NCBI GenBank assembly: GCA_015492295.1
Contig: WGFI01000019.1
Coordinates: forward strand, 1 to 61,457
DNA length: 61,457 bases
Direction: 5' to 3'
From: a candidate division WOR-3 bacterium
GTDB lineage: Bacteria; Hydrothermota; Hydrothermia; LBFQ01
In this document: piece by piece, positions 8,417 through 16,908 of the stretch
Layout of the letters: each line of letters opens with the position of its first letter
Position numbering within the stretch: the stretch's first letter is position 1
Notes under the pieces: model-generated
Database searches by the model: none
The model's input: only the letters and a program-made list of their open reading frames with translations
What the model was told of the DNA's origin: nothing
Made by a program: the position numbers and the translations under genes

Positions 8417-10165
8417 CCTAAAAACCCTTCTCCATGTGGATATGACTAAAAGTTCAAACATATTGAGGTATGTAAATCCCCTACCCTTCACATTCTCGTT
8501 GATCAGATGCTCAACATAGAACTTGGGTAAAATACTGAGGATTAAATCATCCTCCAATACCCGATGAAGTCTATTTCTCAACTTCCCGGAGATCCAACCC
8601 TTCACGGGCGCCCCAAAACCCGCCTTTTTCCTTTTTAAAATGTCGGATGGCAGAACTTTCTTCAAGGCCTCTTTGAGTATTATCTTGCCTGTGAATGGGG
8701 AAACTTTGAGTTTTGAAGGTGTTGATAGTGAGAGTTTTAGAAGTTCATTTGAAAGCATCGGTACCCTTATCTCCAACCCGAAGGCCATTGAAGTTTTATC
8801 GGTGTATAGGAGATTGTGCTCGGGAAGGAAGTACTTTATATCAAACAGCATGCAGGAATTCAATCTGTCATCATCGTTAAAATCGTCTAAAAACCTTTGA
8901 AATGTATCCTTAAATCCATGATAATACGACATCCATAAGAGGTATCTTAAAGGATAATCCGCCTTCAAGCCGGATTTAAACTTATTTATGTCCCTCGCCA
9001 ACCTACCGAGTCTCCCCGATGAGAAGGGTATTTCGGGAATATAGCGAAGGAATGGGAATCTCTCCGATAGGAGCAGCGCTCTGTACCTCGGGTATCCACC
9101 CCAGAGTTCATCACCCCCGGTTCCAACCAATGCCACCTTTATACCCCTTCTCCTCGCCTCCCTTGATAATAGATAGTTTGAGATAGCTGCGCCATCACCC
9201 ACGGGTTCTTCAAGGTGATAGATAACCCTTTCAAAATCCTCATCCCTGAACTCAACTTCAACCGCCTCCAAACTATGCCCATAAATCTCCGCCACTTTTT
9301 TCGCGTACGAGAACTCGGAGGAAAATATATCCTTGCTTATATCCTCCCTCTTGAACATCAAGGAAAAAGCCCTTAAAGGTTTATCTGTGAGTGATGCTAT
9401 CGCCGAGGAATCCAACCCTCCACTTAAAAATATTCCAACCTCAACATCGGATATGAGATGCATCTTAACGCTTTTCCTCAAAGTTTCAAGAATATCCTCG
9501 GGTGTGGGGATCGTATTCTCCCTATCAAAGCTGACATAAGGGAAGGCCTCTATGTTTCCATCCTCATAAACCAGCGCGTACCCGGGTGGTAGTTTGTTTA
9601 TACCCTCAAATGCCGTGATGGGATACGGGCACCATAGGAAGGTCAAATGATACTTTAAACCTTCAAGGTTAGGGGATCTCCTTGCAAAGGGTAGGGATAT
9701 TAGAGCCTTTATCTCAGAGGAGAATGCGAATATGTTTCCGACCTTAGTCCAATATAAGGGCTTTATTCCAAACCTATCCCTGGCTATTATTATCCTCCTT
9801 CCATCCCAGAAGCCGAAGGAAAACATCCCATTGAATCTCTTTATACCATCAACGCCATAAACCTTCAAAACCTTAAAAACCACCTCCGTGTCGGACCTGC
9901 TCCTAAAAACCTCCCCCTTCCCTTCAAGTTCCCTCCTCAACTCCAAGAAATTATACACCTCACCGTTATAAATCAATACCTTTCCATCCTCAATCCAAGG
10001 TTGCTTACCTCCACTTATATCAATTATCGCCAAGCGGCAATGACCAAAAAAAACATCCCCACTTCTCCAATACCCCCTGTCATCGGGCCCTCTGTGGGAT
10101 ATAAGATTCACATATCTCTCCAAATCATCGGAACTATACCCAACGACCCCCAAAATACCGCACAT
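8411..10165 (-). CDS. asnB: Asparagine synthase (glutamine-hydrolysing) family amidotransferase
   Basis: 584 aa. It has the N-terminal MCGI nucleophile and an SGGLDSS PP-loop. Confidence 0.85.
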   Translation of the reverse strand: MCGILGVVGYSSDDLERYVNLISHRGPDDRGYWRSGDVFFGHCRLAIIDISGGKQPWIEDGKVLIYNGEVYNFLELRRELEGKGEVFRSRSDTEVVFKVLKVYGVDGIKRFNGMFSFGFWDGRRIIIARDRFGIKPLYWTKVGNIFAFSSEIKALISLPFARRSPNLEGLKYHLTFLWCPYPITAFEGINKLPPGYALVYEDGNIEAFPYVSFDRENTIPTPEDILETLRKSVKMHLISDVEVGIFLSGGLDSSAIASLTDKPLRAFSLMFKREDISKDIFSSEFSYAKKVAEIYGHSLEAVEVEFRDEDFERVIYHLEEPVGDGAAISNYLLSREARRRGIKVALVGTGGDELWGGYPRYRALLLSERFPFLRYIPEIPFSSGRLGRLARDINKFKSGLKADYPLRYLLWMSYYHGFKDTFQRFLDDFNDDDRLNSCMLFDIKYFLPEHNLLYTDKTSMAFGLEIRVPMLSNELLKLSLSTPSKLKVSPFTGKIILKEALKKVLPSDILKRKKAGFGAPVKGWISGKLRNRLHRVLEDDLILSILPKFYVEHLINENVKGRGFTYLNMFELLVISTWRRVFRL

Positions 10166-10845
10166 TATAACCTATCCCCGAAAAACTTGCCATCTATAAA
10201 CCATTTAACGCCTTTCAAGTTCGGCAGACTAACGAACCTTCCAACGAATATCCATTCATCGTACCAAGCTTGGTACTTATGCCAAAACCTACCCGTATAT
10301 TCTGTCTTAAACGGTGCTATTTCAACGGGAATGAGGGTATCAATCTCCTCGGAGTTCATCATTATCAGTTTTGGATAATTTCTAAGGGCTGGATAGGCTT
10401 TAACCTTAACATAAACATAATAACGCCCATCCTTATATACCTTTTCAATGCCGGTTATATCGTAATGTGGATTTATCGGTTTAAGATTTCCGTAAATTTT
10501 GCCGACTTTAAAACTCCCTTTATAAACCTCTATAACGAAATCCTTTTCCCCATCGTAGTTGAACCTTTCGCTCACCAAGAACGCCCTATTTATACTCCTC
10601 TGCTTATCCAAGGTCAAAGATAGTATATCGGCGTATATAGGAAACTCCTTATTGCCGACTTTGATGCTCAATCTCGTTGGGAGCATGAGGGCGGAGATAT
10701 AGGCGTGCTCCCTTAGATATTCACCATCCACAAATCCCACGACCCTATAACCATCATCGTCCTTAACCACGTACATATCCACATTCAAAGGTTCCTTAAC
10801 CTTATAACAGGATAGAATGAGAAGTCCGATGAGGAGAACCCTCAT
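10165..10845 (-). CDS. Hypothetical lipoprotein
   Basis: 226 aa with a signal peptide and lipobox (LLILSC). No recognisable family. It is coupled to both flanking genes. Confidence 0.5.
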   Translation of the reverse strand: MRVLLIGLLILSCYKVKEPLNVDMYVVKDDDGYRVVGFVDGEYLREHAYISALMLPTRLSIKVGNKEFPIYADILSLTLDKQRSINRAFLVSERFNYDGEKDFVIEVYKGSFKVGKIYGNLKPINPHYDITGIEKVYKDGRYYVYVKVKAYPALRNYPKLIMMNSEEIDTLIPVEIAPFKTEYTGRFWHKYQAWYDEWIFVGRFVSLPNLKGVKWFIDGKFFGDRL

Positions 10846-11645
10846 CTTAGGGATGCGAGGAACGATAGGGTTAAGGCGAGCAATGTGATCGCATAATGAA
10901 GCGATACCATGGTGGGGCTTAGAAGACTATAAACTGAAAGCATTCCGAATATAATCGTCAGAATCACAAGAATGGTTATCCAGAGGCATACCTTCCTATC
11001 GGTTTTACTGAACGTACCTGCGATGGATAGGAGGAGTATAAGAAAACCGAATATCCTATGGGAAAGTTGAAGCAGGACATCCGCGCTTAAATTACTACCC
11101 AAACATAGAAAGATGTCCTGACCGCATGCGAAACCCGCGTTTGCCTTTCTAACAGCCGTTCCCAAAAGTACTTGTACGAATATAAGTGAGAATATCAGGA
11201 AAGGGAAGCTTTTAAACCTAATGGATATATTCGGTGTTCCTAAACCTCTTATTATGTAAAGGGCGAGGACATAGGTTGATATGCCGAAGAATGCATGGGA
11301 CATGGATACCCAAAATGGCATCTTCAATATAACCGTTATACCACCTATTATTATCTGGGCTAAGACGAATAATGTAAGTAGGATACCCGCCTTGGATATA
11401 AGGGTCCCTTTAAAATCCTTAACGGTTATAAATGTTGTACCGAATATTGAGAATGCCGTGAGAGCTGCCAAAACCCTATGCGTGTATTCAAGTTGGGCTC
11501 CGAGTTGCTCCGGAGGTAAAAAACTACCAAAACACAAAGGCCAATCGGGACACCCCAAACAAGCCCCGTAGGCGGCAACCGAACTCCCAAAAACCAGAAG
11601 AAGATAAGTCAAAATCACAGTCAAAAACACCACATACTTCTTCAT
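10842..11645 (-). CDS. ctaA: Heme A synthase (COX15/CtaA family)
   Basis: 267-aa polytopic protein with CLGCPDWPLC and conserved His in transmembrane helices (YTHR, LSHR). Confidence 0.7.
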   Translation of the reverse strand: MKKYVVFLTVILTYLLLVFGSSVAAYGACLGCPDWPLCFGSFLPPEQLGAQLEYTHRVLAALTAFSIFGTTFITVKDFKGTLISKAGILLTLFVLAQIIIGGITVILKMPFWVSMSHAFFGISTYVLALYIIRGLGTPNISIRFKSFPFLIFSLIFVQVLLGTAVRKANAGFACGQDIFLCLGSNLSADVLLQLSHRIFGFLILLLSIAGTFSKTDRKVCLWITILVILTIIFGMLSVYSLLSPTMVSLHYAITLLALTLSFLASLR

Positions 11646-11654
11646 AAAACGGGG

Positions 11655-11663
11655 ATTTTAAAG
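11655..11663 (-). promoter_or_regulatory. Putative -10 element (TTCAACTTTAAAAT) for ctaA operon
   Basis: Reverse complement reads CTTTAAAAT, then a 9-nt spacer, then the ATG at 11645. Confidence 0.5.
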
Positions 11664-11670
11664 TTGAAGA

Positions 11671-13239
11671 TTATCTCACTATGATACTCCTGTACAGGGG
11701 AAAACCTCTGACCTTCAATACATAGGAACCCTTTGGTAGTTTCAGCGTATATTCTCCTTTGTGGGTTTTCACCGATCTGACCTTTCTACCTGCTACGGAA
11801 TATATATCAACATAAGCCTCCCTACCCGTGATTATCCTGAAACTTCCCTTAAAGTGTTCAACTTTTAAGTATAAACCGGATCTTTTATGCTCTTCATCGG
11901 TACCAACGGGATCGTCATAACCGAGAACACCGCAGTCGCTTATAGGCACGGAAGAATCAAATATGTAGAAGGCTGTACTTGCAAAATCGCAGTTTGATAT
12001 AACCTCCATACATCCATCGTTATCCGCGTCCGCTATTGAAAGACCCTCAAAGTAATCTGCGTCGTATGTCCATTCAACCGTACCATCAACGCCTCTCAAA
12101 ACCACGAGATGGGGACTGCTCCCGTATCTCGCTCCCGAGACTATTATCTCCAAGTCCCCATCGTTATCTATATCCCCTATTTTCCTGCCGAGAGCCTGAT
12201 AACCGCTTTTTGTTCCCATATAGGACCATAGGACGGAACCATCGGTTCCCCTAAGGACATAGAGATAACCCGAACTCGGCATGCAACCGAAAAGGACCTC
12301 AACCATTCCATCACCATTCACATCGGCGGCGGTTGGAGAGTTCAAGCTACCCCAATAGGATCCACATCCTGACATCCAGCTCCAATAAAGCGTTCCGTCG
12401 TTCCTCAAAGCATAGACATTTCCATTGCCAGCTGCTACGACTATCTCCGCGAAACCATCGTTGTCCAAGTCCGCTATCACGGGATTTCCCTGGGTTCCTA
12501 TGGAATATGACCAAAGCAAGGTCCCATTCGTAGCCCTCAAAGCCAGAACACTTCCACCCGCGACGGTTATGAGTTCGTATTGACTATCGTTGTTTATATC
12601 ATAAATGGCTGAATTGGCGTAATTGCTTCCCGCAGGATACGTCCATATCGTACTACCGTTCGTGCCTCTAAGCGCGTATATATTGCCGCTACCGACGATG
12701 AAAACCTCACCGTACCCATCGCCATCCACATCAAATATCGTCGCGGGAGAATAGGACACACCTACGGAGGCGGACCACATTATACTTCCATCGGTACCTC
12801 TCAAAGCCCACAATGTGCCGCCTGAATATCCAACTACTATTTCAAGCCCAGGAACGGCCGGATCAAGCTCCCCCACGGACGGGGTACCCCATCCGGTTGA
12901 TGTGGATGCGAGGGAGGTTTGCCATAGTAGGGTGCAATCCGTACCTCTAAAAGCGTAAAGTTTCGGGGATGAATAGGTTAAGATGAGTATCTCATTCAAG
13001 CCATCCCCATTTACATCCGCAACCGCCGGATCCCCTTCGCTTCCTCCTGTTATGGATCCCGAGCATCTCAAATTCGGACCCGTAACGGCGCCTTTGAGTA
13101 ATTGCAATCCCGACATGGATGTCGCACCATGATGATTCATCCAAGTGGCCACCGCGGCATCCAAAGGAGGAAAGGACTGGGAATAAAGGGGGAACACAAA
13201 TGCCAACCAAAAGAGTATAAAAATAATGACCCTTCTCAT
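11671..13239 (-). CDS. Secreted seven-repeat FG-GAP/beta-propeller protein with T9SS-type C-terminal sorting domain
   Basis: The start was set at MRRVIIFILFWLAFVFPLYSQ (signal peptide). It has about 7 repeats of xYALRGTDGSxxW and DxDxDG loops (DVNGDGLNE, DVDGDGYGE, DLDNDGFAE, others). C-terminus reads IYSVAGRKV...GSYVLKV...IIVR. Confidence 0.7.
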   Translation of the reverse strand: MRRVIIFILFWLAFVFPLYSQSFPPLDAAVATWMNHHGATSMSGLQLLKGAVTGPNLRCSGSITGGSEGDPAVADVNGDGLNEILILTYSSPKLYAFRGTDCTLLWQTSLASTSTGWGTPSVGELDPAVPGLEIVVGYSGGTLWALRGTDGSIMWSASVGVSYSPATIFDVDGDGYGEVFIVGSGNIYALRGTNGSTIWTYPAGSNYANSAIYDINNDSQYELITVAGGSVLALRATNGTLLWSYSIGTQGNPVIADLDNDGFAEIVVAAGNGNVYALRNDGTLYWSWMSGCGSYWGSLNSPTAADVNGDGMVEVLFGCMPSSGYLYVLRGTDGSVLWSYMGTKSGYQALGRKIGDIDNDGDLEIIVSGARYGSSPHLVVLRGVDGTVEWTYDADYFEGLSIADADNDGCMEVISNCDFASTAFYIFDSSVPISDCGVLGYDDPVGTDEEHKRSGLYLKVEHFKGSFRIITGREAYVDIYSVAGRKVRSVKTHKGEYTLKLPKGSYVLKVRGFPLYRSIIVR

Positions 13240-13249
13240 AGCAGAAAGT

Positions 13250-13258
13250 ATTTTAAGG
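13250..13258 (-). promoter_or_regulatory. Putative -10 element (CCTTAAAAT) for FG-GAP gene
   Basis: Reverse complement reads CCTTAAAAT, then a 10-nt spacer, then the ATG at 13239. Confidence 0.5.
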
Positions 13259-13356
13259 TAGAAAAACGGTGGAATGAATTCCCCACCACGGACGGTCAAA
13301 CTTTCCCAAGATTTTTCCTGCTCTGTCTCATTAACCCCCACAAACAAAAAAATCAC

Positions 13357-13365
13357 CCTTATAAT
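13357..13365 (+). promoter_or_regulatory. Putative -10 element (CCTTATAAT) for tRNA-Trp / rpmG-secE-nusG transcription unit
   Basis: TCACCCTTATAAT lies 13 nt upstream of the tRNA-Trp 5' end. Confidence 0.5.
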
Positions 13366-13378
13366 ACCAAGTCGTAAT

Positions 13379-13452
<74 letters not shown>

Positions 13453-13455
13453 CTT

Positions 13456-13623
13456 ATGGCTAAGAAGGCGCAGGGAAGGCATACGGTAGGTTTGAAGTGT
13501 AGCGAGTGTAATAGGTTTAACTATGCTATAAGTAAGAATAGGGCCAAGAGGAAGAAGCTTGAACTCCGCAAGTACTGCAAATGGTGTAGGAAACACACAT
13601 TGCATACGGAGGGAAGAATATGA
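13456..13623 (+). CDS. rpmG: 50S ribosomal protein L33
   Basis: 55 aa (MAKKAQGRHTVGLKCSECNRFNY...KYCKWCRKHTLH) with two CxxC pairs. The ATG lies 3 nt after the tRNA-Trp discriminator base. Confidence 0.9.
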   Translation: MAKKAQGRHTVGLKCSECNRFNYAISKNRAKRKKLELRKYCKWCRKHTLHTEGRI

Positions 13624-13856
13624 ATGTATTGAACGAGCTCAAGAACACCTTCAAGAAGTTTTTCAATATGCTCGTCAATCTTCCCGAGTTTCTTGAGGGG
13701 ATGAAGGATGAACTCAACCGTATAACATGGCCGGATTGGAACAGTATAGTTGTTGGAACGATAGGGGTTATAGCGGTATCGTTATTCACCACGGCATTTG
13801 TTTGGCTATCGGACTTGATAATTTCAAATATATTGTTGCTTATAGTGGGAGGTTAA
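13620..13856 (+). CDS. secE: Preprotein translocase subunit SecE
   Basis: 78 aa with a single C-terminal transmembrane helix and an ELNRITWP block. Conserved position between rpmG and nusG. ATGA overlap with rpmG. Confidence 0.85.
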   Translation: MNVLNELKNTFKKFFNMLVNLPEFLEGMKDELNRITWPDWNSIVVGTIGVIAVSLFTTAFVWLSDLIISNILLLIVGG

Positions 13857-13857
13857 T

Positions 13858-14781
13858 ATGGAAGCGGTTAGACAAAAAGTTTGGCTTATGTTTTGGACCA
13901 GGGGTGGGGATGAGTTAAAAACTAAGGAGAAGATAGAGAAGCTCGTCAAAGATTTGGGTCTTGAAGATAAAGTTGAAAAGGTTTTTGTGCCTACAATAAG
14001 AACCACGAAGTATGTCAAGAAGAGAAGGAAACCGAGGTTTTACGATATTACAATAGAATCTTGGCCGAAGGATATACCTTTGGAGTTTTTAAAACTCATA
14101 AGCGGATATGGTATAGGATTCAGAGGGAAACTCACGGGCGGAATACCTTATGAGTATGAACCCGTAGATGGGAATAAGAAGGCGTATAAGCTGAAAAAGA
14201 TTGATAGGAACAGGATGGGTGAAATTTTCAACGATTTGATTAATAAGGGTGTAAAGCCGGCTATAATAGGGGTGCATCAAAGGGAGGTTGATGAATTGGT
14301 TGAGCGACTCCAAAACCTGGGCTTCTCGGTTAAAACGCTTCTGAGCGCCCATAAACCCAAGGATGTGGAGATAGAAACCGAGTTGAAGGTCGTTGAGAAA
14401 CCCATGTTCAAAGGTTATATATTCATACTCATGGAGGAGGATCAGGATGTTATAGATCAGATAACCAGGAGAATATCCAATACGAGGCCCATAAGGGCCA
14501 TTGATCCCACGACGGGACAACCCACATACCTTCGCGCATCCCAAGAGGACATAAGAAAGATACAGGAGCTCATAGAAAAACAGGAGAAAGAAAAGAGCAG
14601 GGAGGCTCCCTTTATGAAAGGGGATCGCATCAGAATAATAGAAGGGTTGCTTAAAGATAAGGAGGGTGTGGTTGAGGAGGTGGATATGGAAAACGCGGTT
14701 TTAAAGGTCAGGATGGATCTGCTCGGTAAAACGCAAATATTGGATCTCAAATTTACGCAGGTTGAAAGGATAGAAATTTAA
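13858..14781 (+). CDS. nusG: Transcription termination/antitermination factor NusG with a large internal insertion
   Basis: 307 aa. NGN start ([11 protein letters not shown]), [10 protein letters not shown]-terminal KOW ([24 protein letters not shown]). About 120 extra residues lie between VFVPT... and ...PMFKGY. Confidence 0.9.
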   Translation: MEAVRQKVWLMFWTRGGDELKTKEKIEKLVKDLGLEDKVEKVFVPTIRTTKYVKKRRKPRFYDITIESWPKDIPLEFLKLISGYGIGFRGKLTGGIPYEYEPVDGNKKAYKLKKIDRNRMGEIFNDLINKGVKPAIIGVHQREVDELVERLQNLGFSVKTLLSAHKPKDVEIETELKVVEKPMFKGYIFILMEEDQDVIDQITRRISNTRPIRAIDPTTGQPTYLRASQEDIRKIQELIEKQEKEKSREAPFMKGDRIRIIEGLLKDKEGVVEEVDMENAVLKVRMDLLGKTQILDLKFTQVERIEI

Positions 14782-14794
14782 ACGGAGGAAAAAT

Positions 14795-15235
14795 ATGGCA
14801 AAAAAACCGAAAAAGGAGGTACTCGCTAAGGTAAAATTACAGCTGCCCGGGGGGCAGGCATCCCCTGCTCCACCCGTAGGACCTACTTTGAGCCCTTACG
14901 GTATAAATCTTATGCAGTTTGTGAAGGCCTTTAACGATGCTACCCGTGATAAAATGGGCCTGATTATACCCGTGGTTATAACCATATACAAGGATAAGAC
15001 ATTTGACTTGGAATTCAAAACCCCACCCGCTTCCGTACTCCTCAAGAAGGCAGCAGGCATAGATACGGCGGCGCATTCCCCGGGTAAGGAGGTCGTCGCT
15101 AAGGTTCCGAGATCCAAGGTCATAGAGATCGCCAAGATGAAGATGAAAGACCTTAATACCACGGATCTTGAAGCGGCGGTTAGAATGATAGAGGGAACAG
15201 CCCGCAGCTGCGGTATAGAGATAGTGGAGGGTTGA
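14795..15235 (+). CDS. rplK: 50S ribosomal protein L11
   Basis: 146 aa with [22 protein letters not shown] upstream. Confidence 0.95.
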   Translation: MAKKPKKEVLAKVKLQLPGGQASPAPPVGPTLSPYGINLMQFVKAFNDATRDKMGLIIPVVITIYKDKTFDLEFKTPPASVLLKKAAGIDTAAHSPGKEVVAKVPRSKVIEIAKMKMKDLNTTDLEAAVRMIEGTARSCGIEIVEG

Positions 15236-15236
15236 A

Positions 15237-15959
15237 ATGGCGAAGGTCGGGAAGAGATACAGAAAACTTTTGGAGATGTACGATCTCAGTAAGGAATATA
15301 CGCTAAAAGAATCCTGTGAGATGGTTAAGAACTTTCAAAGTGTGAAATTCACCGAGAGCGTAGAGCTTCATATAAATCTGAACATAGATACGACAAAACC
15401 CGAGCAGAATGTAAGATTACCCATAGTCTTGCCGCATGGAACAGGTAAAACCCTTAAAGTGCTCGTGCTTACAAGCGATCCTGAAAAAGAGAAGGAGGCT
15501 CAGGAGGCGGGTGCGGATTATGTGGGATTTAAGGAATACATAGAAAAGATACAGAAAGGTTGGCTTGAATTTGATGCGGTTGTTGCGACACCCGAAGCCA
15601 TGAGAGAGGTGGGGAAGCTCGGAAGGATACTCGGTCCCAGAGGGTTGATGCCGAGTCCCAAGACGGGAACGGTTACGAAGGAGGTCTCCCAGATAGTCTC
15701 AGAGTTAAAGAAGGGAAGGATAGAGATGAGGAACGATAGAACGGGAAATATACATATACCCATAGGAAAAACCGACTTCCCTTCGGAACATCTGTACGAA
15801 AATGCCTTGGCGGTGTTTGAGGAACTCATGAAAAACAAACCTAAGGGAGTTAAAGGACAGTTTATAAGAAAGGCTTATATGACCACTACTATGGGCCCTT
15901 CCATAAAGCTTAACATCGCGGATATATTGGAAACTTTGAGAAGGAGGGGGGTGTCATGA
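15237..15959 (+). CDS. rplA: 50S ribosomal protein L1
   Basis: 240 aa with an L1 pattern (FTESVELHINLNID, LPHGTGK, GPRGLMPSPKTGTVT). Confidence 0.95.
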   Translation: MAKVGKRYRKLLEMYDLSKEYTLKESCEMVKNFQSVKFTESVELHINLNIDTTKPEQNVRLPIVLPHGTGKTLKVLVLTSDPEKEKEAQEAGADYVGFKEYIEKIQKGWLEFDAVVATPEAMREVGKLGRILGPRGLMPSPKTGTVTKEVSQIVSELKKGRIEMRNDRTGNIHIPIGKTDFPSEHLYENALAVFEELMKNKPKGVKGQFIRKAYMTTTMGPSIKLNIADILETLRRRGVS

Positions 15960-16480
15960 AAACCAGAAAGGAGAAGGAGAGAATGCTTGAAGAGTTGAAG
16001 GATATATCAAGCAGGGCCAAGATGATAGCGCTATTTGACTTTAAGGGCTTAACCGTGGAGGAGATGAACACCTTGCGTAAAAAGATGAAGGAGAAGGGTT
16101 ATGGTGTGAAGGTGGTGAAGAACAACCTTCTCCGCATAGCCATGGAGAACAAGGTGCCCGAAATAAAGGAGATCTTGGTTGGGAATACGGCCATAATCTT
16201 CTCATTCGGGGATGAGGTTGAACCTATAAAGATATTCGCCGACTTTTCGGATGAGGTGGGAAAGGGCGAGTTCAAAGGTGGTGTTATGCATGGTAGGTTC
16301 CTAAGTAAAGAGCAGATTTTGAAGCTATCAAAGCTCCCATCCGCGCAGGAATTGAAGGCCAAGGTTGTGGGATCCTTATCCTCACCTATTAACGCTTTGG
16401 TGTGGGGTTTGAATGGTTTGTTGAGGGGTTTGGTTTTGGCTTTAAACGCTATTAAGGAAAAGAAAGAAAAGGAGGTATAA
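15956..16480 (+). CDS. rplJ: 50S ribosomal protein L10
   Basis: 174 aa. Conserved position and pattern ([18 protein letters not shown]). Confidence 0.9.
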   Translation: MKTRKEKERMLEELKDISSRAKMIALFDFKGLTVEEMNTLRKKMKEKGYGVKVVKNNLLRIAMENKVPEIKEILVGNTAIIFSFGDEVEPIKIFADFSDEVGKGEFKGGVMHGRFLSKEQILKLSKLPSAQELKAKVVGSLSSPINALVWGLNGLLRGLVLALNAIKEKKEKEV

Positions 16481-16482
16481 AA

Positions 16483-16866
16483 ATGACCGAGAAGAAGTTA
16501 AGCGTTGAAGATATAGTATCTGCAATAGAAAAACTTACGGTTTTGGAGCTTGCCGAGCTTGTTAAGGCCCTTGAAGATAAATTCGGGGTTAGCGCAGCCG
16601 CGCCGGTTGTTGCTGCACCCGTAGCAGGTGCGGCGCCCGCGCAGGAGGTTGAAGAGAAAACCTCCTTTGATGTGGTTTTAACGGAGGTTTCCAACAAAAT
16701 ACAGGCACTTAAAGTTGTACGTGAGATAACAGGTTTGGGTCTTAAAGAGGCCAAGGAAATAATTGACAATCTTCCAAAGACGGTTAAGGAAGGAGTTTCC
16801 AAAGAGGAGGCCGAAGAGATCAAGAAGAAGTTTGAATCTGCGGGTGCCAAAGTTGAGATCAAATAA
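16483..16866 (+). CDS. rplL: 50S ribosomal protein L7/L12
   Basis: 127 aa with an Ala/Pro hinge and [16 protein letters not shown]. Confidence 0.95.
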   Translation: MTEKKLSVEDIVSAIEKLTVLELAELVKALEDKFGVSAAAPVVAAPVAGAAPAQEVEEKTSFDVVLTEVSNKIQALKVVREITGLGLKEAKEIIDNLPKTVKEGVSKEEAEEIKKKFESAGAKVEIK

Positions 16867-16908
16867 AGGACCGCGCAGGCGGGTTATAGTTGGGTAAGGA
16901 GAGGGTTT

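Noticed and set aside
16871-16882. Small hairpin CCGC-GCAG-GCGG between rplL and rpoB as a possible attenuator
   Set aside because: It has only a 4-bp stem and no following T tract. This is too weak to call from sequence alone.
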